Source of the DNA: Balanoglossus misakiensis
Taxonomy: Eukaryota > Animalia > Hemichordata
Direction of reading: 5' to 3'
DNA: 64,000 nucleotides
NCBI GenBank assembly: GCA_040954595.2
Contig: CM082579.2
Location: forward strand, 12,339,834 to 12,403,833
Shown: piece by piece, positions 52,761-63,969 of the stretch
How the letters are laid out: the number at the start of each line of letters is the position of its first letter
Numbering within the stretch: the stretch's first letter is position 1
The notes under the pieces: model-generated
Told to the model about the DNA's origin: nothing
Database searches by the model: none
The model's input: the letters and a program-made list of their open reading frames with translations, nothing else
Made by a program: the position numbers and the translations under genes

Positions 52761-54547
52761 TTAGGACAGATTGGTGTGCAAGGAACTCACACTGTCCTTC
52801 CTGATGGTTGACAATTGGCTGAAAGACAAACGAAAAGGAAGAGAAGAGATAAATGCCGTGTTCAATTTCCGCTCAAATATTCAGAAAAGCCTGAGCGGTA
52901 CTTGGCACAGAATAGAAGTACTGTGCTTTCTTGTAAAGGTCCCGCTGTTATATTAAAGGGTTGCAGCAACGCCCAAAGTCGGAATACATATTCAACAACA
53001 AACTTACTCTAAATTTTACTGAACTCTGTAGAAATTTTCCACGTATACCGAGCGTCCAAGCAGTTCCACAAAGTCCTCATCATGAGTGATCACCACAAGC
53101 TGGAAATTCCGCTGGCACTGCCGACTCTTGACGATACTGTCAACTTAATTAAAATTATGACTTAACCCTTTCACCACCATGGTTAAGTCCAAACCCATTG
53201 TTTTCTATGGTAAGGTTGGACCTCCAAAGATGCAATGCATGGTTCTCATATTCTATAGCTTTACATGTATATATAGAATTTTGAGAAAACAATGTTGCAG
53301 TAAAGCTATTCTCTTAGAAATTTTCACAAATGGTGGAAGTCCAGTTTTTCTCTTTCTCGTTCATGTTGAGTCATTTGCATGCAATAAGACAGGCAAATTC
53401 GAAAGATAACTTCATCAATTTTCTAAAAAAAAGTATTTCCAATAACCGACATCCAATGAAAGCATGTAAGAAGTATTTTCCATTTTACCACAAGTGCTGT
53501 TATAATTTACAGAACTTCGTCAGATTTTCTAGGAACGTACGAAAACCTGTCATGTCTTCCTTCTTTATTTTATGTATTTTGTACACAGTCAGATATTGAT
53601 ACTGACATACGCCAAAATAAACACAATCGCAGGGCATTTACAGTAAATTTAGCAAGAATATGGTAATCAACCTCAATTACCATGTGTTTTGGCGCTTTCT
53701 CTTCAATTTTTAATACTCGTAAATACTCATATAACTCTACTAATATAATTCTAGTCTATCCACTTCAGTTGCCCCAAAACGCTGGCATACTACATCACTG
53801 TGAGATATGTTTTTGTCATATCATAAGACAATACTTACAACTGAAGTTCAAGTTCTTTCTTTTCGGCATCAACCTGTTGGATGGTTCGGCCAGAATCTGA
53901 AACACACACCACAAAGTAGTTAACGCACAAGGTATTGCAACTTGTGACAGCAAAAATACAAAGGAAGTTAATACACAAATCTGTCCGTGACAAAATCATA
54001 GTAGAACAGTTATACAGACAAATCAGGAATGATTCAGAGCACTCTTGGAGAAGTGTAATTTCCTATTTTCTGCACCAATTACCTCCTTCTGCAATATCTT
54101 GATTTACCAACTTGACAATGTTTCAAAAACATTGCAAAGATGAAGGTACAGATATCAACTGTCCTGTCTGTTTTACTTAGAGAAAAATGCAATTTAATTT
54201 CTCGACAATCATTACATTGAAGATCAGTTTTTCAGTACTTTTTGACAGTAAAAATTCTCGTTTGACTAACCTCAAAAATAAGTTATGCGTTCAAGTTATA
54301 CTGAGTGGGTATTCTCAATAAGAATGGTTATCCTAAGAAGACCCAGCTAAAACATACTAATTCATACCTCCCCTGTCAGCTAAAACATACTTATTCATAG
54401 CTCCCCTGTCAGCTTGGCCTGTTTCTCCATAATCTTTCTTCCTAATTTACTGACTTCAGCTTGAGTTCTGTCAATCATCAGAGCGTCAGGTTCGATTTCC
54501 TTGGCAGTGCTTTCATTGACTTGTATCAGAGACAAGCTGTCTTCAGC
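52761..54547 (-). pseudogene. RAD50: RAD50 partial, unprocessed pseudogene, copy 2
   Basis: Exons 54547-54401 (AEDSLSLIQVNESTAKEIEPDALMIDRTQAEVSKLGRKIMEKQAKLTG), 53896-53839 (DSGRT/IQQVDAEKKELELQ, frameshifted), 53136-53008 ([41 protein letters not shown], in-frame TAA) and 52818-52761 (DQLSTIRKDSVSSLHTNLS*). These match the RAD50 post-hook coiled coil and C-terminus as recalled. Confidence 0.92.
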
Positions 54548-54765
54548 CTGTGAAATACAGAAAACCACTTACATCAAAAGACTTTAACTTCACAAAGATA
54601 TGCAGTATACTATTATTTCCCGTCCAACAAGCACATGAAGCCCAAGAAGCCCATAAAGTCACAGCTACAGGAAAGCTAGAGAGGGGGAGGGGGAGGAAGA
54701 CAGAAAATAGTGACCCTATTTTCAAATGTTCACGTCAGTTGAAGTTACTTTCATCAATGGATTGA

Positions 54766-54805
54766 TGGATGGATAGATGGATGGATGGATGGATGGATGG
54801 ATGGA
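54766..54805 (+). repeat. (GATG)n microsatellite
   Basis: GGATGGATAGATGGATGG... tract. Confidence 0.9.
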
Positions 54806-55457
54806 ACGAAGAAAGAAAAAAAGAAAGAGTGAAGGAACGAATGAAAAAAGAAATGTGGGATGAACATAGGGGAGGAAAATCGAGTTGGAAATTTAGACTT
54901 TTAATACCGACATCGGGTAAAAAAGTTGCTATCTGCTATAGAAAATGTGATGTTTGAAGGCTGCATGTCATCCTTTAAGGTCCTGCATGTTTTAACCTCC
55001 TTGCATCCGCATTGATTGTGAAATACTGCATCGAAACAGAAACTATGTTGCTGTTTGCTGACGACACACGTGTTAAATTTAGTGCCGTACGCCCCAAGTG
55101 TATTTTCAGTGACCTCATTATCAAGTTCGATTGCGGTCATTCTCGTGAACTCAAGAGGTGTAATATACTTTCTGAAATCTGTTTATCAATCTAGCGTGGG
55201 CACTCTGCAAATCACGATTACTGCCATACTCTCACCCGGCGTTATTTATCAGAAGTTGTGTCGACATGTGCACTTTACTTTAAATGTTGGCTATGCATAC
55301 TGTGTTTTTCTCCAGACAGTAAATTGGTCCGTTTCAAAAATAGTAGGGCGCCATTTCCTACTTATTTCTCATCGGAAGCCTCGAGGCAAGAAGAATCGGT
55401 TCAATGCCTTTGGCGATTCTATTCAAACTTGATCAGGACAAAATTCTACGTATAATA

Positions 55458-56223
55458 GGACCGTTCAGTTTTTATGGGCGGGGTCGGCAAGTTTGCGTCA
55501 TCGGTTTTCAAAATTAGGCAGACCCTCACTTCACCCAGGACCAAAAATAATGACCCCTTTGAAAGCCAAAATACATTACACACCTAATTGTGGAGGAAAA
55601 AAGCTTGTTTCCGAGAGCCTATACCCGCTGTCCCGATCTTATGCACACTGTATGCAATAAAGGGAAAGAGGCTCCCCACACATAAATTTATAATTGAGGT
55701 GTATAATAATATAGTGTTGCAATAAAGAAATATATGAATAAATTAAAATGACAAGTCAATACAATAGTTGGTAGAAGAGAAGTGAAGGGGTTGGGGGTAG
55801 GAGGGAGAATATTTTGTAAAATACGGAGCCCAAAGTTGCATTTTAATGAACGCAAAAGCAAATTAACTCAATGTTGGGGAGGAAAAAGTTTACTTTTGCC
55901 ACTCAAAGTTAGCATCGGTGGGGTGGGGTGGCAAGTACTCTGCCCTGGTACACTAGACAAACCAGCCAATAAATGAAATGTGGGGAAGAATGAAGGGCGT
56001 GGGAGTGGGAGTCGCCCTCCCACACTAGAAAAGTTTGTAAAATAAAGTGTTCAAAACTGCTTTGTTGTGTGCTCAAAAGCAAAAGTTTGGGGGGGGGGCA
56101 AAGTGTGTGATCCCCCTAAACGTTTCGGAAAAAAGATGACCACCTCCCTTTTGGATTTCAAAATTTAAGTGACCCCCCCCCCCTGGATTTCCCCCCCCCA
56201 GGCCGTAAAAACTGAATGGTCCC
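55458..56223. mobile_element. TIR non-autonomous element (PIF/Harbinger-like)
   Basis: GGACCGTTCAGTTTTTATGG ... CCGTAAAAACTGAATGGTCCC|TAA; subterminal TGACCCC/G-run motifs. Confidence 0.65.
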
Positions 56224-56585
56224 TAAGTGTTGTGATGCGATCTAACATGGCAGACCTGGGGCAATTTTGTTCCCGCATTATTTCATGTCCGGAATCATTA
56301 CACAGACATGCCTGGACATATTTTATTCAGACTCGTGACCAGTAAAAGGACTTGCCATTTGGTCGTGATTTTATCATGAGCATGCACCAGTGTAAGTACG
56401 ATATACTGTGATACATAAACGCATATCAATTTGTGTCCACATATGATCCCAGAAATCTGATGTACATGGTTCAAAAATTCTGTAGCACTCTGATAGATGC
56501 CTAATTTCCCTTCTATCAGTCCAAGTTGTTGCGCTTCAAGTTAAAATGTAGTCTACACTGCCCTGGTGTCTAGGTGGCATTAATC

Positions 56586-56705
56586 TTTACGGCCTTGATA
56601 CGGGTTTTGCGGCCCGAGGTCGTACGGCGGAAGCGCCCGACCGCAGGGAGGGTGCGAATCGCCGTACGACCAAGGTGCCGCAAAACCCGTATCAGGGCCG
56701 TAAAG
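56586..56705. repeat. ~120-bp GC-rich palindrome
   Basis: CTTTACGGCCTTGATACGGGTTTTGCGGC...GCCGCAAAACCCGTATCAGGGCCGTAAAG. Confidence 0.85.
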
Positions 56706-56999
56706 GTTTTATCATATGCCTTCTGGGCAAAACTACCCAAACTCCCGTGTTCGGTGCATGGTGTCAGCAGTGCAATGGGTTTTAGGAAATGTACATAATT
56801 TGGAAAGGGGTGAAATAACCATGTTGAACGTTTGACCTCGGAGCACGCTACCACACGGCGGAAGAGAACCTAAAACTGGTAAAAGCTCAGAGATTTCCCA
56901 AGAAAAAAGTCGCGACGCGCACACATTGAGGTGAGACGGGCGCTGACCAGAATCAAACCAATTTGTTTGTATTATATAAGTCAATTAAAGTGTAACAGT

Positions 57000-57650
57000 A
57001 TAATATAAGGTTATTCACAAAATACCGGGATTTATGTCCGAGTACATCGTGCAGCGCAGGTATTGTCCGAGACGCGCAGCGTCGAGGACAATACCGAAGC
57101 GTACGATGTACGAGGACATAAATCCCGGTATTTTGTGAATAACCTTATTATTATACACCTTTTCCGGACGTCCTTGATGAACGATAAAGAATAAATAGGC
57201 CGCTATCGGACTTTCTAGTTTTCAGACGCCGCCATGACGTAATTTGCATATCGAACGCGCCTTCACCTCGCGCATCAGGTGATGCTAGTGTCGAGCTGCC
57301 GATGTCTCGCGCGCGACGTTCTACGCTGCAGCGATGAACGCGCTCGCCTGTTCGTTCACACATTCCTTCGACTGAAATTTCATCGAGGATTTTGACTTAT
57401 TTCGCATCTTGGGCCACCAATAATTTTGTTTAATAACGACTGTGTACTTTTTATATAATTTTTTGTGAGAGTAGGGTGCAATATCATCATTGTTTACATC
57501 AGACAGCTGTGAGGTCAAAGGTCAAATATGCGTCCAATAACCCTGTGGGTTATGGGACTCCGCGTCCTCATTTGAATAATTATTGGACGGTGATACCGCG
57601 AATTATTGTATTACGGAACTCCATAGGTTACAGCAGTAGGTGTATAATAA
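57000..57650. mobile_element. palindrome plus inverted-repeat element (possibly Crypton-like)
   Basis: ~150-bp palindrome at 57000-57154; TTATTATACACCT (~57148) is inverted with AGGTGTATAATAA (~57638). Confidence 0.6.
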
Positions 57651-57782
57651 TAAATCTATACTCTCAGACCAGCATTATTATAATTATCATTGATCATTTG
57701 ACGACAATCGTGACAAAATGCAATAATTGCCGAGACAACCACGCCACCGAATTAATGTTCTACTTCTTGATAATTTAAACAA

Positions 57783-58200
57783 AATGTTTTGTTGTATTCC
57801 TAAAATTAGACTAAATATATTATATGAATGATGTTAGAATCACGTGGCAATATGCTTTAGGTGCTGAGCCAACAACGCCGCTGAATTCCTATTATAGGCA
57901 CCGGTTAATTAAATACAATGTTTTGTTGTATTCCTGAAATGAGACTAAATATATTACGTGAATGATGTTAAAAACACGTGGCAATATACTCTAAGTGCTG
58001 AGCCAACAACGCCGCTGAATTCGTATTATAGGCACCGGTTAATTAAATACAACGGTTTGTTGTATTCCTAAAATGAGACTAAATAATTTACATGAATGAT
58101 GTTATCAACACGTGGCAACATGATGTAAATGCTGAGTCGACAACGCCGCTGAATTCATGTTAGGCACAATTTAAAAAAAATGTTTTGCTGTATATTTCTA
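57783..58200 (+). repeat. tandem repeat, ~134-bp period, 3 copies, upstream of the pentraxin gene
   Basis: TTTGTTGTATTCCT(A/G)AAAT...CACGTGGCAA...GCTGAG..AACAACGCCGCTGAATTC at ~57783, ~57917 and ~58051. Confidence 0.9.
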
Positions 58201-58898
58201 AAATTAAACCTAAAATATTTATATATGATGCTAACGTATTGCAGCTCTGATGTTAACTGAAGTCTTTCCTGATTCAAGCGAGCGATTAGAAGTTAGAGTA
58301 TCGAAAGACCAGTAAGTATGTCAAAAAGATTTTCTATCCTCTTCGTTTTACAATTTGGACCAAGTCTATGTAAACCTGTTTGCAGATGAAAATAATCTAA
58401 TATGGGGCTCGCCCAGGGACCATTAAGACGGTTCTGAAACGTCTCAGATCAAATACTGAGGTAAAAAAATATATTATGTGTGAACGGTTTAAGTGGTCCT
58501 GAAACATCTCAGATTTGAGACAGCTTTGCCGGCCAGACCAGAGCCAGTGTAAGGATTAACACTTCTCCGCAAGCCATTGTCGATGGGTCCGAGCCTCAGC
58601 GCCAAAACATGTATATAAACTGTGTGTGTGTGTACACGAGGCAACTCAAAGGATTAATGCTCTGGGTTTACCATAGGCAAATAGTGTCCCTGAAACAATC
58701 TCAAAAAATGCAAACGTGTTGATTTTTAAGCAAAGGGATAAACTGCAAGGTGAACATTGTCTTTAGCTTGATGTAAAAACCAAGTTTTGATCACAAAGTC
58801 ACTCCCAAGACGGCAATGATTTGTTTATCGGCTGAGCATTAGGCCCGTCGACGCCAATGATAACAATATTATTATTATTTTTTATTGTTGAACAGGCC

Positions 58899-58964
58899 AT
58901 GGCGATCGCAATTGTATTGCTGTTTGCTTGCATATCCATGGCAAGCATTGTTAGTACACGTGAG
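58899..58964 (+). CDS. probable signal-peptide exon of the pentraxin gene
   Basis: Acceptor ttgttgaacag|GCCATGG (good Kozak context); encodes MAIAIVLLFACISMASIVSTRE; donor GAG|gtgagt, with an alternative phase-1 donor AC|gtgagg 5 nt upstream. A candidate non-coding exon ends at CA|gtaagt (58311). Confidence 0.65.
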
Positions 58965-61255
58965 GTGAGTGTTTATCCAGTTTAGCCACAATGATTTATT
59001 CAGGGATATGATGTGTAACCTTTATCTTATACCGATAAACTCAGGCTGCCCTGCTCGGGCGATGCGCCCCCTTTTGGCGAACTCTTCCTACCACTTGCAT
59101 GACAACCTATCTTGTTTTACTTGATGGCACTAGATGTGAGAATGGTGCTTGCGATTTTGTTCATACACCATAGTTCATGTATATTGCTTTGACGTGAATG
59201 CAAGAATTTGCAACAGTAATGAAATTGTTTTACTTTTCAGTTGTATGTTAAAACCCGATCACTTCTGAGACATTTCTGATACATTTATTGACGCTCGAAG
59301 GAAAGTTAATCAATTATTCGTCAAGTGTGCAAATAAGTAATTCATCATCACTTTTTATAGGGAAATAAAGCAAAACTGAATAGTACACTCCAACAAACTG
59401 TAATTGTTACTGTGACACAAAGACAAACAATATATTGGCAATTCTATCACGTTCGTCTGTATCTGCTAAGTATATGTGGTCTTTTTGCTCCCCACAGATC
59501 AGTACTCGAGGAAGTCTGGCTGACGAGGGTGAGTTTGTTTAGTTCCATATCATTTACCACTTTTTCAATGCACGTGGGGCTGGAAGGCTTACTATTTTCG
59601 AAACACCTGACGTCACTAGCTTCCCGGTCGTTTCGTCGAAAGTCCATAAATATGTCTTTCACAGACTTTGTTCTGTGTTTTGTTGCTTGTCTACCAGTGT
59701 AATGTTCTGTATCATTTTGTGATCGTTTGTCTTTGCAAATGGCCATGTAAACACAGTGAATTTTAACCTATGAACTTCAGAATATATAGATGGGCATGAT
59801 GGCTTAGATTTAAACATGTAGCTGTTGCCCCAGTTGTCCCGCCACCCATACAGATTTCTGTGGAAGTGGAATCTCTTTGATCACAGTTTTTTTCTCTCAC
59901 AAGCTTCTTGCCATGCCAAACAGGTTCAGTTTGTGTGTAATGACTTTGGGGTGTCCTATGCCGCCAATCCTTCTTCACGTTTTTACTCGCGAAATTAATC
60001 ATTTTGTTAAGTTGGAGGTAAGATAAACATGGAACCTGTGTTGTACAGTTGGCAGTGCACGGAAACTGTTTTCCCTCACTCAAGAGGAATGAGTAAACTT
60101 GCGTGGTTTTTCACTTCCCCCAAACCGCCATCCTCGATTTCAGGGTAGTGGACTACCCGGATGCATTGCATTATCACATTCATTAGCATTCTATGTATAA
60201 TTGTGATAAAACAGTGTCTCAATATTGTCACTTCCTTAAAATCTTCACCAAATGTTATAACAGTGCAATACATGTATTATTAAATGATAAAAAGAAATCA
60301 CTATATCACCATGCTTGTTTTTATGAAAGAGATGTTCAGATATTTTCACCATTGGAAAATATAGCATGACTTTATTAATTGGTGTCTAACGTTTAATAAC
60401 ATGAAGACAACACTTCTAGCGACTTCCACTGAATTTTGCTCAGTATTTCTTGATAAATGTTAGTTGAAGCTCCATTAGCTGTAAATTTCGCTATGTTTTC
60501 AGTATTTTTGTTTTGTGTATATTTCCTGTTCAAATCCCTGAAGCATGATTCAATACCCAGTATCCGGCTTATCAACACAACCTATATGTGTGTAATCAGC
60601 TTTTTTTTTGGGGGGGGGGCGCAAAATTTGAATTCAGGTCCGCACTGCAATCATCTGTCAGCAATAATAATGGGTGTTACACACAAAGACAGGTGGGGCA
60701 CTGGATATATTAACATACTGTTTATGGTAGAAAAAGAAATTATATTTGGTATTGGAACAAAGAATAGTGGAAATAAAGCAAAAAGTTAAAGCTATTGTCC
60801 AATTAAGCATGCAGTTTTGCAGAATTAACTTAACACTGCTAACTGTCTCATAACTTAGTCAGATCTATGTCGAATCTATGTCAAAACAATAACTAAAGCA
60901 AATTACACCACATTAAGTACAACGATTTCAGAAATAAAACACTAATCATGATAGTCTTTGCAAATTTGCGATTTATTGATTAGAAGCTGCAGAGTGTTTT
61001 CAAATACAGTGATTGAAAACAGTTTCTCTGACAAGTTAGATCAAAACTCTTGATTTAAAGGTCTGATTACTAAAATTCGTTAAATGTGTTAGCCATTAAC
61101 TAAATGACTCTGCTAAATGTTTTATAAATTAGTCAGATCTGTCATGTTGTCATTTCAAGCATGTTTCATCGAATTCGTTGCGGTAATTTCAGAAATATAC
61201 CACTAATTAGAAAAGTTCGTAAAATATGAATACGACCTATGATTCTATATTTCAG

Positions 61256-61852
61256 GAAAGGGAAACACTCTTGAATTGCTTTCGAATAAAACAGATGTTG
61301 CTGTACAAATCGGTGTACCTGACTTGACAGCTGTGTCCACGTGTCTCTGGGTAAAAGGTGATTCAGTAAATAAGATGGCAACGTTGGTGTCCTATTGTAT
61401 CAGAGATTATCCCTGTAACGAGTTCTCCTTGATTGGTGCAACCTCTCTGGAACTTTGGGTCAAAGATACATACGCACATACAAGATTGGAGGTAGATGAT
61501 GGAGTGTGGCAGCATATATGTGTGACATGGTCCTCAGGTGGTGGAAGCTGGGCAAGTTACAATAATGGTGAATTGTATCGTAGCGGTCAAGGTTTAGCAA
61601 CTGGTCTTATTATAAGAAGTGGTGGAGCATTGGTGTTAGGTCAAGACCAAGATGACCGGAGAAGTGGATATGATGAGTCACAAGCATTTGTTGGAATCAT
61701 CACTCAATTCAACATGTGGTCCAAAGTTTTAACAGCTGATGAAGTTGCGATGGTAGCACAAGACTGCTCAATGGGCGGAGATGTATTTGCTTGGAATACT
61801 AATTCTCTCGAGATGTCAGCTAATGCGGAAGTTGGAAAGAGCAATGTTTGCT
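61256..61852 (+). CDS. pentraxin (PTX) domain exon, phase 1-1, 597 nt
   Basis: Acceptor tttcag| and donor |gtaagt; open throughout; STCLWVK, pentraxin signature WQHICVTWSS (HxCxTWxS), GGALVLGQDQD, SQAFVGIITQFNMWSKVLTADEV. Confidence 0.93.
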
Positions 61853-61899
61853 GTAAGTTATTGTTTTTTATTCTAATTGTATTGTAATTATTTGATGCA

Positions 61900-62835
61900 C
61901 CGTATTTCTGTAGCACTCTTTGATCAACAGTTAAATTTCAGCATACGCTTTCGGGAACATGTAGTCCCCTTCTTCATGCAGATGCACTCGTGGAATGAAC
62001 AGAGAATCATGGGGTATTTAAATTAGAAAATATTTGCAGGGCCAGGTGCCTCGGAAAACAAAAGAAGAGTTGAGTGTGAAAATTGAACAATAGAAATGTT
62101 AATAGGAATGCAGATGTGTAAATGGGGTGGTGGACTGCAAAAAAGTGACAGTTATTTGTAGTGTGACATAAAACCATAGTCCCGGTTAAGTCCAACATCC
62201 ACACAGTCAAAATGTTCGATTAACTTCAGTTCGTCTACTTCACGATCACGGTTGTTTTTATGATTTGTCTTTTTAGGGCTGTCATGTCAGGGTAAAGTCA
62301 GTTATGGAATGTCCTGGTCTGTTGAAATGTTCACTAACGGGTTTGTGTATGTTACCATTCTGTATGTCAAATCCGCTGTTTACGCGTTTCCGCAGTGACT
62401 GTCCAGTTTGACCTATATATACAGCGTGTGGCCATTGTTTGCAGGTGAATGCATAAATGAGTTTGGTTGAGTCACAGGTGAAAGATCCTATTATTCTGTA
62501 GGTGTTATCATTGGGTCCTGTTTTGACAGTGGCTGTGTTGGTGTGGGGGCACAGTTTGCGCCTTGGTTTCTGACATGGTACAGTTCCGTGCGTTTGGTTG
62601 GCGTTGTGTAATTTGCTGCTGATAATCTGTTGTTTTAGATTGGGGGCTGTCTATAGGCGATGATGGGTTTTTCAGTGATGGCTTCCCGTAGTATGACGTC
62701 ATCTTGTATGATGGGTTGGGGATTATTGATAATTTTCTGAAGGCTTCTGAGTTGTGGGTTGTAGGTAACTACAAGTTGGACTCTGTTGTTTTCACGTTTT
62801 TCTTTATATTTAAGAAGATCGTCACGGTTGATGTG
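61900..62835 (-). mobile_element. Penelope-like retroelement 3' fragment (linker + GIY-YIG endonuclease + pLTR), decayed
   Basis: Frameshifted translation: RDDLLKYKEKRENNRVQLVVTYNPQLRSLQKII...EKPIIAYRQPP, then FTCDSTKLIYAFTCKQWPHAVYIGQTGQSLRKR...KPVSEHFNRPGHS, the typical PLE GIY-YIG arrangement. Confidence 0.85.
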
Positions 62836-63969
62836 ATATAATATGAAATTGATAGATTTCATATTAACATATTACAACGTCACCAAAACCGGAACTATTT
62901 TCATGACCTCAGTTTGTAAACAAATGAAAATATTATGCTGCGATGTTGGTGGACGGACTTTGAAGATTGGGAAATACAGGGTTAGAAATAATAATTAACA
63001 GCATTTGTGACATATTGTTCTCTAATGTTTTATTAGTTTGTTTGGTGTCTTCCAACTGTGGCTGGAAAATTTTGACGACTGCCGTCTGCATTTTAAATTT
63101 GTGTTCGATCAAACATAGTGAACATCATTACAGACTATAACTATATTGGTCAATGATTGCAGAAAATAGATGAAAATAACCTGGGTTATCTATCATCCAG
63201 CGATCAAAAAAAATGTCGTAAATGCAATCTAATTGGCCAGGTCGGAATGTGCGCTTTCAACGGGAGCTCCAGTGAGACTTGGTCAGATGTAGTGTGAGAC
63301 GACAGCATAAAAAACCACGTCGAGGTTCCCTACATCTGATTTTAATCAGATTGTCTATCATCCAGCGATAAAAAATGTCCTGCGAACTGAAAATTAACGC
63401 AAACATCCAAGAATCTCTGTTACGTACTAGAGATGCTTGTCCCACATGGCACTGAATAAGTTGTTTTTGCGTAAAAAATAAAAATGCCTCGATCGATGTA
63501 TCCTAGACTCTCTTACAGCCAACTGTTCGCTACAAGGCTCTTCACTGACGCGCCCTCAACCGTTTAGCAAAGGAGAAGCCCCGCATGCAATCAGACCATA
63601 AGCTATGGACGGTGAGAGGGGCTGTGAGAGATTCTACATGGTATCCATACCCTAGTGTGTTTTAGATAGACTCATACACAAAGCACTGGGCGCGCATGCA
63701 GTCAACTCTCGTCTTTTTTTAATATCTGCATGTCAATAGAAGTCAAAATGCGATGTTCTGGCAACAAGTCGTAATATACGATAGCAGCGATAGTTCACAG
63801 GATTGAGATGTTGACTGTTTGAATTCAGAATTCCTATCGGCTCACTCGTCCCTCACTGACGTAATACTCGTTCGAAGTACTGGTAGATTATATATATAAT
63901 TATTCCCCACATCAAAGCTAGTAAGCCTTCACATTTTATTATAAACCTTTCTATTGTTGTATCTTCCAG

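Noticed and set aside
61160-61182. 23-nt micro-exon bridging the signal and PTX exons
   Set aside because: It does not restore the frame from either donor.
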